Of a stretch of DNA of 35,156 nt, positions 1-13,704 are shown piece after piece. Under the pieces are notes generated by a model. The model did no database searches and was not told where the DNA came from. It was given only the letters and a program-made list of their open reading frames with translations. The stretch lies in assembly GCF_004010195.1 (NCBI RefSeq), contig NW_025215380.1, positions 172,428-207,583 of the forward strand, written 5' to 3'. Position 1 is the first letter of the stretch. Every line of letters starts with the position of its first letter. Both the position numbers and the translations under genes were made by a program. The DNA is from Chiloscyllium plagiosum (Eukaryota).

Positions 1-686
1 GTGCAGGTTCATAGCTCCTTGAAAGTGGAGTCGCAGGTAGATAGGGTAGTGAAGAAGACATTTGGTATGCTTTTTTTAATTGAGTAAATGAGTTGGGAGG
101 TCATGTTGTGGCTGTACAGTACATTAGTTAGGCCACTGTTGGAATATTTCATGCAATTCTGGTCTCCTTCCTATCGGAAAGATGTTGTGAAACTTGAAAG
201 GTTTCAGAAAAGATTTACAAGGATGTTACCAGGGTTGGGGTATTTGAGCTATAGGGAGAGGCTGAACAGACTGGGGCTGTTTTTCCTGGAGTGTCGGAGG
301 CTGAGGGGTGACCTTATAGAGATTTACAAATATTGAGGGGCATGGATAGGGTAAATAGGCAAAGTCTTTTCCCTGGGATGGGGGAGCCCAGACTAGAGGG
401 CATAGGTTTAGGGTGAGAGGGGAAAGATATAAAAGAGACCCAAGGGTCAACTTTTTAACACAGAGAATGGTACGTGTATGGGCTGAGCTGCCAGAGGAAG
501 TGGTGGAGGCCGGTACAATTGCAACATTTAAGAGGCATCTGGATGGGTATATGGATAGGAAGGGTTTGGAGGGATATGGGCCAGGTGCTGGCAGGTGGGA
601 CTAGATTGGGTTGGGATATCTGATCGGCATGGACATGTTGGATGGAAGGGTCTGTTTCCATGCTGTGTACCTCTATGACTCTATGA
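1..686 (+). mobile_element. CR1-clade LINE, 3' fragment (ORF2 C-terminus + 3' UTR)
   Basis: Translates to [28 protein letters not shown], the CR1 ORF2 C-terminus; ends in the CTCTATGA tail repeat. Confidence 0.9.
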
Positions 687-699
687 GAGGCTGAATCGG

Positions 700-1088
700 T
701 GGTGGCCTTATAGAGGTTAACAAAATCATGAGGGGCATGAATAGGATAAATAGACAAGGTATTTTCCCTGGGATGGGGAAGTCCAAAACTAGAGGGCATA
801 TATTTAAAGTGAGAAGGGCAAGATTTAAAAGAGATTTAAGAGGCAACGTTTTCATTTAGAGGGTGGTACATGTATAGAATGAGCTGCCAGAGGAAGTGGT
901 GCAGGTTGGTACAATTACAACATTTAAAAGGTATCTGGATGGGTATACCATTAGGAAAGGTTTTGAGGGATATGGGCCAAGTACTAGCAAATGGGACTAG
1001 AATAATTTAAGCTATCTTGTCAGCATGGACGAGCTGGATTGAAAGGTTAATTTCCCTGCTGTACACCTCCAAGACACTTTGACTCTAT
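700..1088 (+). mobile_element. CR1-clade LINE, 3' fragment
   Basis: Second copy homologous to about 300-686, ending GACTCTATG. Confidence 0.85.
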
Positions 1089-1399
1089 GTGTTAATTCCT
1101 CTGCCATTTTATTGTTGCCACCATCTCCATCTCCATCTCCACCTATAATTGCCTTCTAACTTTTTTTGTTTTGCTAACTTTTTTTGTTTTACAAATAGAA
1201 ATATAAATTGAAGCTGTTATAATACAGGTTTTACACATGTCTCACGCATACACGTTCAGATTTTATTTTCCTATTTCTATTCAGTTTCTTTGGCTCTCCT
1301 TCACTAAATTCTGGATAGCTCTTAACTCCCACACTTACTACATTCAATAAGTAACGAGAGTAAAAGAGAGTCTTTGCAGGAAGCAGGGTGTGAGGAGGA

Positions 1400-2203
1400 G
1401 AAGGGTATTCTGTTTCAGCTTGGTGATCTGTGATAAGTCACAGGGATCAGTGCTGGGACCTTAACGGGTCACAAATTAATAACCTGGAGGAAGGAAGTGA
1501 ACATACTGCAGATAAATTTGCACACTGCACTGAAATAGGTGGAAAGACAGTTTGCAAGACGTGCAGTTTATAGAGCGATATTGAGAATTCAATCATGTGA
1601 GCAAAAAGTTGGCAAATTGAGTGTAAGCCAGCTGTGAAACTGTTTATTTTGGAAGGGAGAACAAAGAACAGAAAATAATTTTTAAAAACTGCAAAAAACT
1701 ACAATGCAAAAAGTATTGGGGATTACTTATGCAAGAAACAAAAATTGCAAAGTGCAGCAGGTAATTAGGAAGGGTAATGGACTTTTGACACTATGTCACA
1801 AGGCACGCGAGTATAAAAGTAGGGAAGTCTTACTGAACTGTGCAAGGCGCTGGTGAGACGACATGTGGAATTCTATGAGCAAGCTTTGGTCCTCTTCGTT
1901 AAGGTATCATTGCATTGAAGGCAATTCAGGGAGATTTCTCAAAAATGATTCCTAGCATGGAGGGATTGCCTTATCAGTAAAGGTTGAAGAGGTTTAGAAT
2001 TTACTCTCTGGAGTTTAGAAGAATGAGGGATGGTCTCATTAAAACATATCGGATACTTAAAAGGTTTGACAGGGTAAATGCTGAGAGGATGTTTCTCTTC
2101 ACGGGAGAGTCGAAGACCAGAGGGCTTAGTGGACGTGAGAAATGTCGAATCAGTCTCCAGGGCCGAACGGCCTACTCATGGTCCTATTTCTTATGGTCGT
2201 ATG
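1400..2203 (+). mobile_element. Degenerate CR1 LINE (RT through 3' end)
   Basis: Remnant of the PQGSVLGP-coding sequence at about 1440, RRMRDGLIKTYRIL motif, and tail GGGCCGAACGGCCTACTC..TTCTTATG. Confidence 0.75.
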
Positions 2204-2290
2204 GAGTAATCGATGTAACTGTAGGAGTCTGTAATTTGTAAAAGTCAGTATTCAGGCTCAACGCTTGTTACATTGTTGGATTGCAATAAT

Positions 2291-2887
<597 letters not shown>

Positions 2888-2933
2888 AGTGGAGACGGGA
2901 TAAGGGGAAATCAAAACTGCCACAGAAAACAAA

Positions 2934-2973
2934 GGCTCTTTTCAGAGCCACCTACTTCTTCCCGAAAGAGCTT
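2934..2973 (+). terminator. Histone 3' stem-loop + histone downstream element (U7 site)
   Basis: GGCTCTTTTCAGAGCC 2934-2949 followed by ACC; AAAGAGCT 2965-2972. Confidence 0.95.
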
Positions 2974-3839
2974 AAACTAAATTGCCTTATTACAATCTTC
3001 GACATGTTTCTTGGACGTGTTTCCATTACAGTGCATTATTTGATAGTCATTTTAAAATCTATTTATAGAGGAAACTTCTACAAACGCAAGGATAATAAAT
3101 GCTGCAGGGCGGTGGCTGTCACATTCAATTATGATTTGATGTGACCTCAGGACCCCAAAAAAAAGTATTTAGAAAGCAATTTGTCAAAAAGTAACCATAC
3201 AAAAAATTAAATTTTAAGATCGTATCATGAAAACATGAGTGCAGTTGTTCTCAAATGTTCGAAAGGATTTTTAAAAAAGCTTTAAGACAATGTTCTATGT
3301 TTTGTTTTCAAAGGAGCATCGTTGGGGGCCCGCTAGTAACGATTAATTTCAGCAAAATAAAAAGGTTCCACTGTCCTGGAATAGGGTAGTGGGGAAAGGT
3401 TAATGGTTTTGAGTCTGATGTGACTTCTGCCTTCCACCGCTGGTGCCAGCGAGTTTCTCCGGCACTTTGTTTTTATTTCCAATTCCCCACAACCTGCGGT
3501 GTATTTCCCCAAATAATTTATTCGAGCCTCCCACTGGGTTCTCAGTGAAGCAAACAAATGACTTTAACCCTCAAAGAATTGGGAGAGTTTCTGTGCAACG
3601 TGATTGTTAACAAATTCTGAAGAAACTTCGCAGGACCATGTACGATATGAAACACATTGTCGCAGATGTCAAGCAATCGCAGTTCTTTTATTTTAGCGTG
3701 TGATATGGTGCTTGGCTTATATAGGTAATTAGTTTTCTCCCAGAGGATACAGAAACGAAACATATTGGGGGTGACTGGACGTCTTAGACGGTTAGAAACC
3801 GTTGGGTCGTGCTGATAATTTGAAAATTCAAGTCTCCCT

Positions 3840-4290
3840 CGCGCAATGAGACCGTTTCAGCTCATTTGCATAAAACGGCTCAGCTCCGTCCTAGGGCCAG
3901 CCAATCACAATTCGGGTACTCATCCAATGAACGTGCACCTCCGCTGACCAATCAGGATACCGACTTCCTAGCAAATCAGGAGGCTGCATTCTCCACCAAT
4001 CAATGATAGGCGCCGTGTTTCGTGCGACTCTGAGAGAAACGCGCGGGAAAGAGAAAAAGGGGGCGGGGCTCATCTGGAAGATTCCCAAAGTATTCGGCCT
4101 CTATTCCTCTCACATGAACACCAGGAAAAGCCGATAGCGCACTCACGTTAAAGGAGAACTGCCAAAGGAATTCAACGGGCAGAGATTTACATATTAATCA
4201 ATCAAAACCTACACCTCCATTCTAACTGATTAATAACCATCTCGGTTTGGTCAATGCATTCGCACCGTTTGATCTTTTGCTATAAATTCT
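3840..4290. promoter_or_regulatory. CpG-rich promoter-like region with no recognisable CDS
   Basis: ATTTGCAT 3864-3871; CCAAT at 3901, 3924, 3948, 3996; E2F-type GCGCGGGAAA 4041-4050; GC box at about 4060-4069; TATAAAT 4281-4287. Confidence 0.65.
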
Positions 4291-4894
4291 GTGTCCTAGG
4301 TATTCTCTCTCTCTCACTCGCTGCCTGGGGAAGGAGCGGGGCTCCGGAAGCTTGCGATTTCCTATTTGACCACAATCAGTGTGTGATTTTTGACTTTGCC
4401 CACCCAAGTCAAACATCGGCATCTCCACATCAGGATTAAAACCAAACAACATGCACCAAAGAATTGCGATTTCCCGCAATGACCGTACATGGTCTTAACA
4501 AGCCGCTGATATTATATTAATAGTGGCTGCACTGTTCTGTGGCATCCCTTGTTTAAAATCGCAACAGAAGAAAGAGGCTATTCGGCCCGCCGTGCCCGTG
4601 CCGTCTCTTCGAAAGAACATTTTGTGCTTTCTCTCTTCTTATCTCAGGTCGACTACTGAATTCCCTTGTGGAAAACCTCGACTGAGGCTGCCACCCCCTC
4701 AGTTTCAGGCACTGACATTCAATGTTTCCCACCCGTCCATTTTCCTTTCATCTTTCACGGTGGGATAAAGAGGGGAGTAGGAGTGAGGCAGCTTCATCTG
4801 TTGTTTTGCCTTAGTTTTCAAACGGTCTTTTATTTTTTTGCAAAGGAACACCAGAATCAAAGCATCCTGTGCTTCTTAGACGTCACCCAATCGT

Positions 4895-5500
4895 AAAGTC
4901 AAACAGCATGGAAACAGACCCTGAGGTCCAACCAGTCCACACCGAACATAATCCCAAACTAAACTAGTCCCAGCTGCCTGCACTTGGCCAACATCCCTCC
5001 AAATTCATGTATTTATCCAAATATCTTTTAAACGTTGTAACTGTATCCACATCTGCCAGTTTCTCTAGTAATTCATTCCCACACGAATCATTGTCTGGGT
5101 AAAAATATAGTTGGCCTCGTGTTCTTTCTTTTAATCTTTCTCCTCTCACCTTAAAATGTGCCCACTAATTTTGAACTCCCCCACCTAGAGAAAACATTCT
5201 TACTATTCACCTTATTTATCTCCGTCATGATTTTATAAACCTCTAGAAGATCACCCCTCAACCTCCTAAGCTCCAGTGTAAAAAAAAAGTCTTTCCAGTC
5301 TATTTTTACAATACTCAAAATCTCCATTCCCGGCAACATCCTGGTGAATATTCTTTGAACCATCTTCAGTTTAATACAGTCCTTACTATTACATGACGGC
5401 CAGAACTGTAGACATTCCGCTAGAAGAGGCCTTACCAATGTCCTGTACAACCTCAACATTACATCCCATCTCCTATACTCAAAAGTCTGAGCAATGAAAG
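4895..5500 (-). mobile_element. CR1 LINE 3' fragment
   Basis: Minus-strand [27 protein letters not shown]. Confidence 0.88.
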
Positions 5501-6149
5501 CGACCCTTCGATTGATAGACACCACCTCTCGTCATGCTCAGGAATTCCAATTACACTCTGATTATAATCGTTTCTTCATTGCAGACTAAAAACAACAAAA
5601 GGTGAACACAGCTGTGAGTTTGAAATAGGACATGCTCTGTAGTTTTGATGCTACCAAATAAAGCTGGAAATGAAGCATGAAGACGAAATTGTTGTTTTCT
5701 CTCCTTCATATAAAGTTCCAATTTTCTTGCTGATTCATTCTGAAAGCTGTAAGAACAAAAAACAGCTTTGGCTACACCATATTGCAAAGGTTTATGTTCT
5801 GTACTGCCAAGCAACTATTTATTCAGAAACGCTGTACCTGTAATTCTCTATGGCATCATTGACCCATTACAACACAGAACAACACAATTCCTCCCATTGA
5901 GTCAGGACTGGCTCTTACATAGACTTCTCCAAATGGTCCAACCCTTTGTTCCCTTCCATCATCCCACCCCTCAGCCCCATAAATAGTGCAAAATGCCTTA
6001 CTTTGAATGTCTATCTAATTCTCCTTTGCAAGTTATCATTGAGTTTGCTTCCACCATCATTTCACACGCCACAGGATAACTAAAAGCAGAAAGGGATTTT
6101 ATGTTACTGGCGGTGTAATCCCTTCCTTTGCCAGTCACTTTACAACATT

Positions 6150-6313
6150 ACAATCCAAAGCTGTGCAGGTCAGGTGAATCGGCCATGCTAAATTGCCATA
6201 GTGTTAGGTGCATTAGTCAGAGGGAAACGAGTCTGAGTGGGTTACTCTTCAGAGGGTCGGTGTGGACTGGTTGGGCCAAAGGGCCTGTTTCCACACTGTA
6301 GGGAATCTAATCT
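6150..6313 (+). mobile_element. HE1/V-SINE-like SINE, 3' half
   Basis: GTGCAGGTCAGGTGAA..GCTAAATTGCCCATAGTG..CCTGTTTCCACACTGTA..ATCTAATC, homologous to 23845-23991. Confidence 0.8.
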
Positions 6314-7459
6314 TAAAAAGAAAATTGAGGAGAAAGTGGGAGAATAGGGTTGAGAAACCTATCCGGCATGATTAAATGGTGGAGCTGACTAGATGGGCTG
6401 AATGGCCTAATTTCTGCTCCTATGTCTTTGGAAATGTTTCAGATAGGAACACAATACATTCTGGATCCTTTTCTTTTTACTCGATAACCATAACTTCAAA
6501 ACATTAGATTTTTAAAAATAATAACCTTGATTCATTGTCTCTATATCCACCTTGTTTTCTGTGGTTGATCAGCACATGGTATGTCATCTGGATTTGAATT
6601 GAATGTTTATTTGATTATATGTTTGCATAGACAGGAGTCAGGCATCATATTTCTGTCTTCTAATATGACTTGTCCCAACAATTGATCATTGACATTCATT
6701 GGCATTACCATCACTGAATCTCCCATGTCAACATCCTGTGGGTTATCATTGATCAGAGTGGGAACAGAGTAGATAAAGGGAAGGTATTCCTGCTGAGAAA
6801 GAACAAGAGGATATAGATTTAGAGTGATGTGCAAATGCAACAAGGATGATCTGAAAAAAACCCTTTACAAATTAAAGTCTGGAATGCACTGTCTGGAAAC
6901 ATGGTGGAGGCAGGTTCAATTGAGGGACAATCCAGAGACACATCTGATAATCATTTGGAGAAAAATGGTGTGGAGGAATAGGGGAAAAAGGCAAGAGGTT
7001 GGAACCAGGTAACAGAACCAGTGTAAGGCTGAATTATCTCCTTCCTTATTCAGTGAATGGTGTGGAAACTAAACAACTCATTGGAGGGGGAGATCCACAA
7101 ATGTCCCATCCATAATATAAGAGCCCAACACACATGTGCAAAAGATAAGGCTGGACATTCACAGCTAGCTTCAGCTAGGAGTGCCAAGTGGAAGATCCTT
7201 CTTAGCCTCCTCCCAGTGCTCCCCAGCATTATAAATACTAGTTTTCGACCAATTCAATTCACTCCAATTTACCCATAAGTGGGAAAAATCCATTGTTTTC
7301 TTGTCATGGCATTTTCTCATCTGGAGTTTGATGCCAGTACCAAATATAGATTAATTGAAATGAAATTTATCTTAATTGTCTTCAGTAAAGTATTGAATTG
7401 TTTTGATTTCATTTGCATCTTCAACAATTCCTTCAAGATAGGAAGCACTGGATACTGCA

Positions 7460-9212
7460 AAGTATACTGATTAGGGAGAACACACGGGCATTTTACACTT
7501 ATGTGAGGAATAAGAGAATGGTCAAAGAAAGTGTAGGGCCGATCAGGGATAGCATAGGGAACTTGTGTGTGGAGTCTGAGGAGGTAGGGGAAGCCCTAAA
7601 TGAGTTTTTTGCTTCTGTCTTTACGAAAGAAACGAACTTTGTAGTGAATGAAACCTTTGAAGAGCAGGTGTGCATGTTTGAATGGATAGAGATAGAGAAA
7701 GCTGATGTGCTGAAAATTTTGTCAAACATTAAGATTGACAAGTTGCCAGGCCCAGACCAGATTTGTCTTCGACTGCTTTGGGAAACAAGAAATGCAATTG
7801 CTTCACCACTTGCGAAGATCTTTGCATCGTCGTTCTCCACTGGAGTCGTACCTGAGGACTTGAGAGAGGCAAATGTAATTCCTCTCTTCAAGAAAGGAAA
7901 TAGGGAAATCCCCAGCAATTACAGACCAGTAAGTCTCACGTCTGTCATCTGCAAGGTGTTAGAAAGGATTTTGAGGGATAGGATTTATGACCATCTGGAA
8001 GAGCATAGCTTGATTAAATGCAGACAACACGGCTTTGTGAGGGGCAGGTCATGCCTCACAAACCTTATCGAGTTCTTTGAGGATGTGACTAGAAACATTG
8101 TTGAGGGTCGAGCTGTGGATGTGTGTATATGGCCTTCAGCAAGGCATTTGATAAAGTTCCCCATGGTAAGCTCATTCAGAAGGTCAGGAGGAATGGGATA
8201 CAGGGGAACTTAGCTGTCTGGATACAGAATTGACTGGTTGACAGAAGACAGCAAGTGGTAGTAGAAGGAAAATATTCTGCCTGGAAGTCAGTTTTGAGTG
8301 GTGCTCCACAGGGCTCTGTCCTTGGGCCTCTACTGTTTGTAATTTTTATTAATGATTTGGATGAGGAGATTGAAGGATGGGTCAGCAAGTTTGCAGACAA
8401 CACAAAATTTGGAGGTGTCGTTGACTGTATAGAGGGCTGTTGTAGGCTGCAGCTGGACATTGACAGGATGCAGAGATGGACTGAGAGGTGGCAGATGGAG
8501 TTCAATCTGGATAAATGCGAGGTGATGCACTTTGGAAGGTCAAATTTGAAAGATGAGTACAGGATTAAGGATAGGATTCTTGGCAGTGTGGAGGAACATA
8601 GGGATCTTAGTGTGCAGGTACATAGATCCCTTAAAATTGTCACCCAAGTGGACAGGGTTGTTAAGAAAGCATATGGTGTTTTGGCTTTCATTAACGGGAG
8701 GATTGAGTTTAAGAGTCGTGAGAGCTTGTTGCAGCTCTATAAAACTTTGGTTAGATTGCACTTGGAATACTGTGACCAGTTCTGGTCGCCCTATTATAGG
8801 AAAGATGTGGATGCTTTGGAGCGGGTTCAGAGGAGGTTTANNNNNNNNNNNNNNNNNNNNNNNNNNNNNNNNNNNNNNNNNNNNNNNNNNNNNNNNNNNN
8901 AGGCATAGATAGAGTCGATAGCCAGAGATTATTTCCCAGGGCAGAAATGGCTAACACGAGGGGTCATAGTTTTAAACTGGTTGGAGGAAAGTAGAGAGGG
9001 GATGTCAGAGGCGGGTTCTTTACACAGAAAGTTGTGAGAGCATGGAATGCTTTGCCAGCAGCAGTTGTGGAAGCAATGTCATTGGGGACATTTAAGAGAC
9101 TGCTGGACATGCATATGTTCACAGACATTTGAGGGTGTATACATGAGGATCAATGGTCGGCACAACAACATGGGCTGAAGGGCCTGTTCTGTGATGTACT
9201 GTTCTATGTTCT
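7460..9212 (+). mobile_element. CR1 LINE, 5'-truncated, frameshifted ORF2 reverse transcriptase
   Basis: NYRPVSLTSVICKVLE, QHGFVRGRSCLTNL, GAPQGSVLGP, KFADN motifs across ORFs 7413-8213 and 8255-8908; GTTCTAT tail at about 9200. Confidence 0.93.
8841..8900. other. Assembly gap (60 N)
   Basis: Run of N inside the CR1 element. Confidence 1.
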
Positions 9213-10590
9213 AATTCCACTAGCCCAAGCTCTTCTAGTTCAATTACAATACTGGCATCTACCCGAAATGTGGAAAATTGCTCAGTTATGATCTGTATGC
9301 AAAAAGCAAGGCAAATCCAACCCAGCCAATTACCATCCCATCATCTACTCTCAATCATCAGTAAAGTGATGGAAGGGGTCATTAACAGTACTATCAAGCA
9401 GCACCAATTCAGCAATAACCTGCCCAGTGCCACCCTGTTTGGATTCTCCAGGATCACTCAGCTACTGACCTCATTACAACCTTGGTTCAAACATGGACAA
9501 AAGAGCTGAATTCCAGAGGTAAGGTGAGAATGACAGCCCTTGACATCAAGACTGCATTCGACCGAGAGTTGCATCAAGGAGCCTAGCAAAACTGGAATTA
9601 ATGAGTATCGGGTGCAAACTCTCTGCTGGTTAGAGCCATACATAGCATAAAGAAAGTTGGTCATGATTGTTGGGGGTCAGTCATCTCAGCTCCAGGACAT
9701 CTCTGCAGGAGTCCCTCAGGGTAGTGTCCTAGGCCCAACCATCTTCAGCTGCTTCATCAATGTCCATCGCTCCATCATAAGGTCAGGAGTGGGGATGTTC
9801 ACCGATGATCGCACAATATTCAGCACCATTCGCGTCTCCTCAGATACTAAAGCAACCCATGTTCAAATGCAACAGATTCAATGACCAATTTTGGGCTGAT
9901 AATTGGCAGTAATATTCATGGCACAGCTCTGAAGAAGGGTTATGCCTGAAACAATGACTCTCTTGCTCCACAGATGCTGCCTGACATGCTGTGCCTTTTC
10001 CAGCGCTATGCTTACACCTACACTTCTTCAACGCCTACACTCATGCCACACAAATGCCAGGCAATGACTACGTCTAACAAGAGCGAACCTAACCTGAGGT
10101 ATATAGATAGGGTGGATAGCAAGAAGCTTTTTCCCAGACTGGGGGACTCAATTACTAGGGGTCACAAGTTCAGTGTGAAAGAGCCAGAGGGTGTTGGGTG
10201 CCTGGAATGCTTTGCCAGCGGATGTTGTGGATGTGGGCATGATACCATCATTTAAGACGTATCTAGATTGATACATGAATGGCAGGGAGCAAAGGGATAC
10301 AGTTGAGATCGAGGATCTGGATTGGTGCAGGCTTGGAGGCCTGAAGGGCCTCTTCCTGTGCTGTAACTTTCTTTGTTTTATTCTTTAACCACTGCTGCTT
10401 AACATTCAATAGCATTACCATCGCTGAATTCCCCACTGTCGACATTCTGGGGGTTACCTTTGACCAGAATCTGAATTGGGCTCACCATATTAACATAGCA
10501 GCAACAAGAGCAAGTCAGAGGCTGAGAATCCTGCAGCAATTAACTCACCTCCTGACTCCCTAGAGCCTGATCACCATCTACAAAGCACAA
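9213..10590 (+). mobile_element. Degenerate non-LTR retrotransposon RT region of a second CR1/L2-group family, interrupted by PLE and CR1 inserts
   Basis: ISAGVPQGSVLGPTIFSCFIN..MFTDD in ORF 9657-9884; related sequence at 33260-35156 and about 7080-7270. Confidence 0.75.
9926..10040 (+). mobile_element. Short Penelope-like terminal insertion starting at a degenerate hammerhead core
   Basis: CTGAAGA 9929-9935 ..GAAAC 9948-9952, then the AGATGCTGCCTGAC..TTTTCCAGC tail; flanked by TCATG(G/C)CACA at 9916-9925 and 10041-10050. Confidence 0.6.
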
Positions 10591-11072
10591 GCCCTGATTA
10601 TAGTGCTGTACATTTTTTGAAATGGGACTTTAAACATTGTTCCTGTATCACCACTTGGGTAAATGTGAAATGTATTGTATTATTTAAAGATGATCAGGGA
10701 GTTTTCTTCCGTCCCAACCATTTATCACCCCAACCAAGACTGACAACATGGCCATGTGCATTACATTGCTAGTTGTGTGATATTGCTGTATAATAAAAAT
10801 GGCTGCATCGTTTCCCTACATGGCAACAGTGACCACACCTCAAAAGCACAATTCAAGACTCTTATTTACATTTGACCAATTTCAAAACAATTTTACACCC
10901 ATGAGTGGTGAAATCCATTGTTTTCTTGTCATTGCATTTCCTCGTCTGGAGTTTGATGCCAGTGTCAAGTAGATAGATTAATTGAAATGAAATTTATCTT
11001 AATAGAGTACTGTGTTGAGTGGGATATTGAATTGTTTTGATTTCATTTGCATGTTCAACAATTCCTTCATAT

Positions 11073-11414
11073 AACAGAGGGGGAGGTGTGGCATTGCTTG
11101 TCAAAGATAGTATTACAGCGGTGGAAAGGACGATGGATGAAGACTCGCCATCTGAGATAGTTTGAGCTGAGGTTAGGAATAGGAAAGGTGAGGTCACCCT
11201 GTTAGGAGTTTTCTACAGGCCTCCTAATAGTCCTAGAGATGTAGAAGAAAGGATTGCGAGGATGATTCAGGAGAAGAGTGAAAGTAATAGGGTGGTTGTT
11301 ATGGGGGACTTTAACTTTCCAGATATTGACTGGGAAAGCTATAGCTCGAGTTCGTTAGATGGGTCGATGTTTGTCCAATGTGTGCAGGAGGGCTTCCTGA
11401 CACAATATGTAGAC
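11073..11414 (+). mobile_element. CR1 APE-endonuclease fragment
   Basis: GGGVALLVK, GVFYRPP, VVVMGDFNFPDIDW and FLTQYV motifs. Confidence 0.85.
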
Positions 11415-12699
11415 AAGAGCCAGCTAATTGGAGGGAACAGGGTGTCAAGCGATGCTGGCAGTCCTGGGCTGGGATAAGGAAGAAATGAAGCTAGCAGGAG
11501 AGGAAGATGATTAGATTGTTGTTTGAGACGACTGTTACCTGGTGCTTGTGGAGTTGGCACGTTGCTATCTATCATGGCAAGTATTGTATCTGATGCATAT
11601 TTTGATACAATTTGTTTTAGATTTTGAATTTGAACTAGTGGTAAGTGGATTTGATGTGTGTATCTAAAGTGTTTTGCTGATTTATCTGTAAGGATTTCTG
11701 AAGCTATGGTGATTTCTTTTAAAACACAATTGGAGAAAGACTCTAGAATAATGAGGTTATGTTTATGTAAGGAAAATTTACAAGTGGGAAAGGTAATCTG
11801 TAGTTTTTTGTTCATTCACGAGATTTGGGTATTGCTGACTAGGCCAGCATATAATGCCTATATGGCAGTTAAGAGTCGATTACATTGCTCTGAGTCTGGA
11901 GTCACATATAGGCCAGACAGGTGGCAATTTTCTTCTCAAATGAACATTGGTGGACAGACAGATTTATTTGACAAACAACAGTAATTTCATGATCATCATT
12001 ATGCTATTGATTCAAGATTTTTGAATTCAGATTCCACCATCTGCTCAGGCAGGATTCAAATGTGGCTCCCCAGAGCAATACATGGGTCTCTGGATCAATA
12101 GTCTAGTAATAATACCATTGGGGCATCCCTTCTGCATAATGCTTTAGGCTTTCAGATAGAAGCTTCTAAAATTTCTTGTGGGAGCGTGGAGTAACACCCA
12201 TAACTTGGGAAAGGTTTGTATGAAGCTGAAAGCTCAGTTATATGACAAATGAAGATGAGGCTATCAAAGTCTTAAAACTGGAAATTGAAGCCGCAGCTAA
12301 GTCAAAACCGATGTGGAATAGAGAAGGGAATTCTTTTTGGTTTTGGAATATTGCACTTAGAACTAAAGTAGCCATTACATTATTTTTAAATTGTGTACCC
12401 CAGTTCTAGACTTCCCAATCAGGAGCCTGTATCTGTGATATTTACCCCTTGAAATATTTTGTAAGTTTCTGAGATCATATTTCATTCTTTGAAACAATAG
12501 AGAATACGGTCCAGTTTGCCCAATCTCACTTCATAGAACAGTCTTGCCATCTAAAGAATTAAAGTCAAAAAACTGCTGATGCTGGAATCCAAGGTAGACA
12601 AGCAGGAGGCTGCAAGACCACAGCATGTCAGGCAGCATCAGGAGATGGAGAAGTCAACTTTTTGGGTATAATGTTCAGGACTGAGGTGGGTGTGAGGGA

Positions 12700-12983
12700 A
12701 GCTTCAGATGATCTTTTTCCACATATGGAGTCAGCTATTACGAGGGGGCATAACTTTACATTAAGGGGTGGTAGGTATAGGACAGATGTTAGGGGTAGGT
12801 TCTTTACTCAGCGAGTCGTGAGTTCATGGAATGCCCTGCCAGTAGCAGTGGTGGACTCTCCCTCTTTATGGGAATTTAAGCGGGAATTGGATAGGCATAT
12901 GGAGGATAGTGGGCTAGTGTAGGTTTGGCGCAACATCGAAGGCCAAAGGGCCTGTACTGCGCTGTATTCTTCTATGTTTCTAT
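12700..12983 (+). mobile_element. CR1 LINE 3' fragment
   Basis: TRGHNFTL..FFTQRVVSSWNALP motif and CR1 tail. Confidence 0.85.
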
Positions 12984-13254
12984 TTGCTTGCCAAAAATTT
13001 GTTTCTTTTCCAGGTAGGGTATTTAAAATAATCTAGGATCGTATAGTACAGACAAATTTGATTTTAGTTTAATTGTAGATACTAATTAACAAATGACCAA
13101 AAACATATTGCCTGTAGACACAAGGGAGTGAGATACATAAAGAGACGGTCAGGGACAGTGTTGCGGTTGAATTTGAAATCGGCGGACTTCGGAAGCGGAG
13201 ACACGTGACCTATTCGCGGTTGGAGGGGGGGGGGCAGTCTCGCGGCCTTCCTTC

Positions 13255-13288
13255 GTTCTTCACCCAGGTCCGCTGATGCGGTATAAGA
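13255..13288 (+). promoter_or_regulatory. H4 site II-like element (GGTCCG, HiNF-P core) + TATA
   Basis: TTCTTCACCCAGGTCCG with GGTCCG at 13267-13272; TATAAGA 13282-13288. Confidence 0.75.
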
Positions 13289-13316
13289 GAAAGGGCCGAA
13301 AGCTGTTTGTCGGTAA

Positions 13317-13652
<336 letters not shown>

Positions 13653-13688
13653 AGATAGTCTGAGTGGAAACGTGACTTGTAAACCAAA

Positions 13689-13704
13689 GGTTCTTTTAAG
13701 AACC
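13689..13704 (+). terminator. Histone 3' stem-loop (H4)
   Basis: GGTTCT-TTTA-AGAACC flanked by CCAAA and ACCA; HDE only weakly recognisable. Confidence 0.92.

Noticed and set aside
3532..3547. 6-bp stem/4-nt loop hairpin CACTGG-GTTC-TCAGTG as a histone stem-loop
   Set aside because: Does not match the GGYYYT-TTYH-ARRRCC consensus and has no upstream histone ORF.
3700..3875. snRNA/U6-type gene suggested by the octamer plus TATATA
   Set aside because: No recognisable snRNA sequence or PSE on either strand.
7413..8908. Possible active reverse transcriptase gene
   Set aside because: 5'-truncated, frameshifted, catalytic FADD changed to FADN, and interrupted by a gap.
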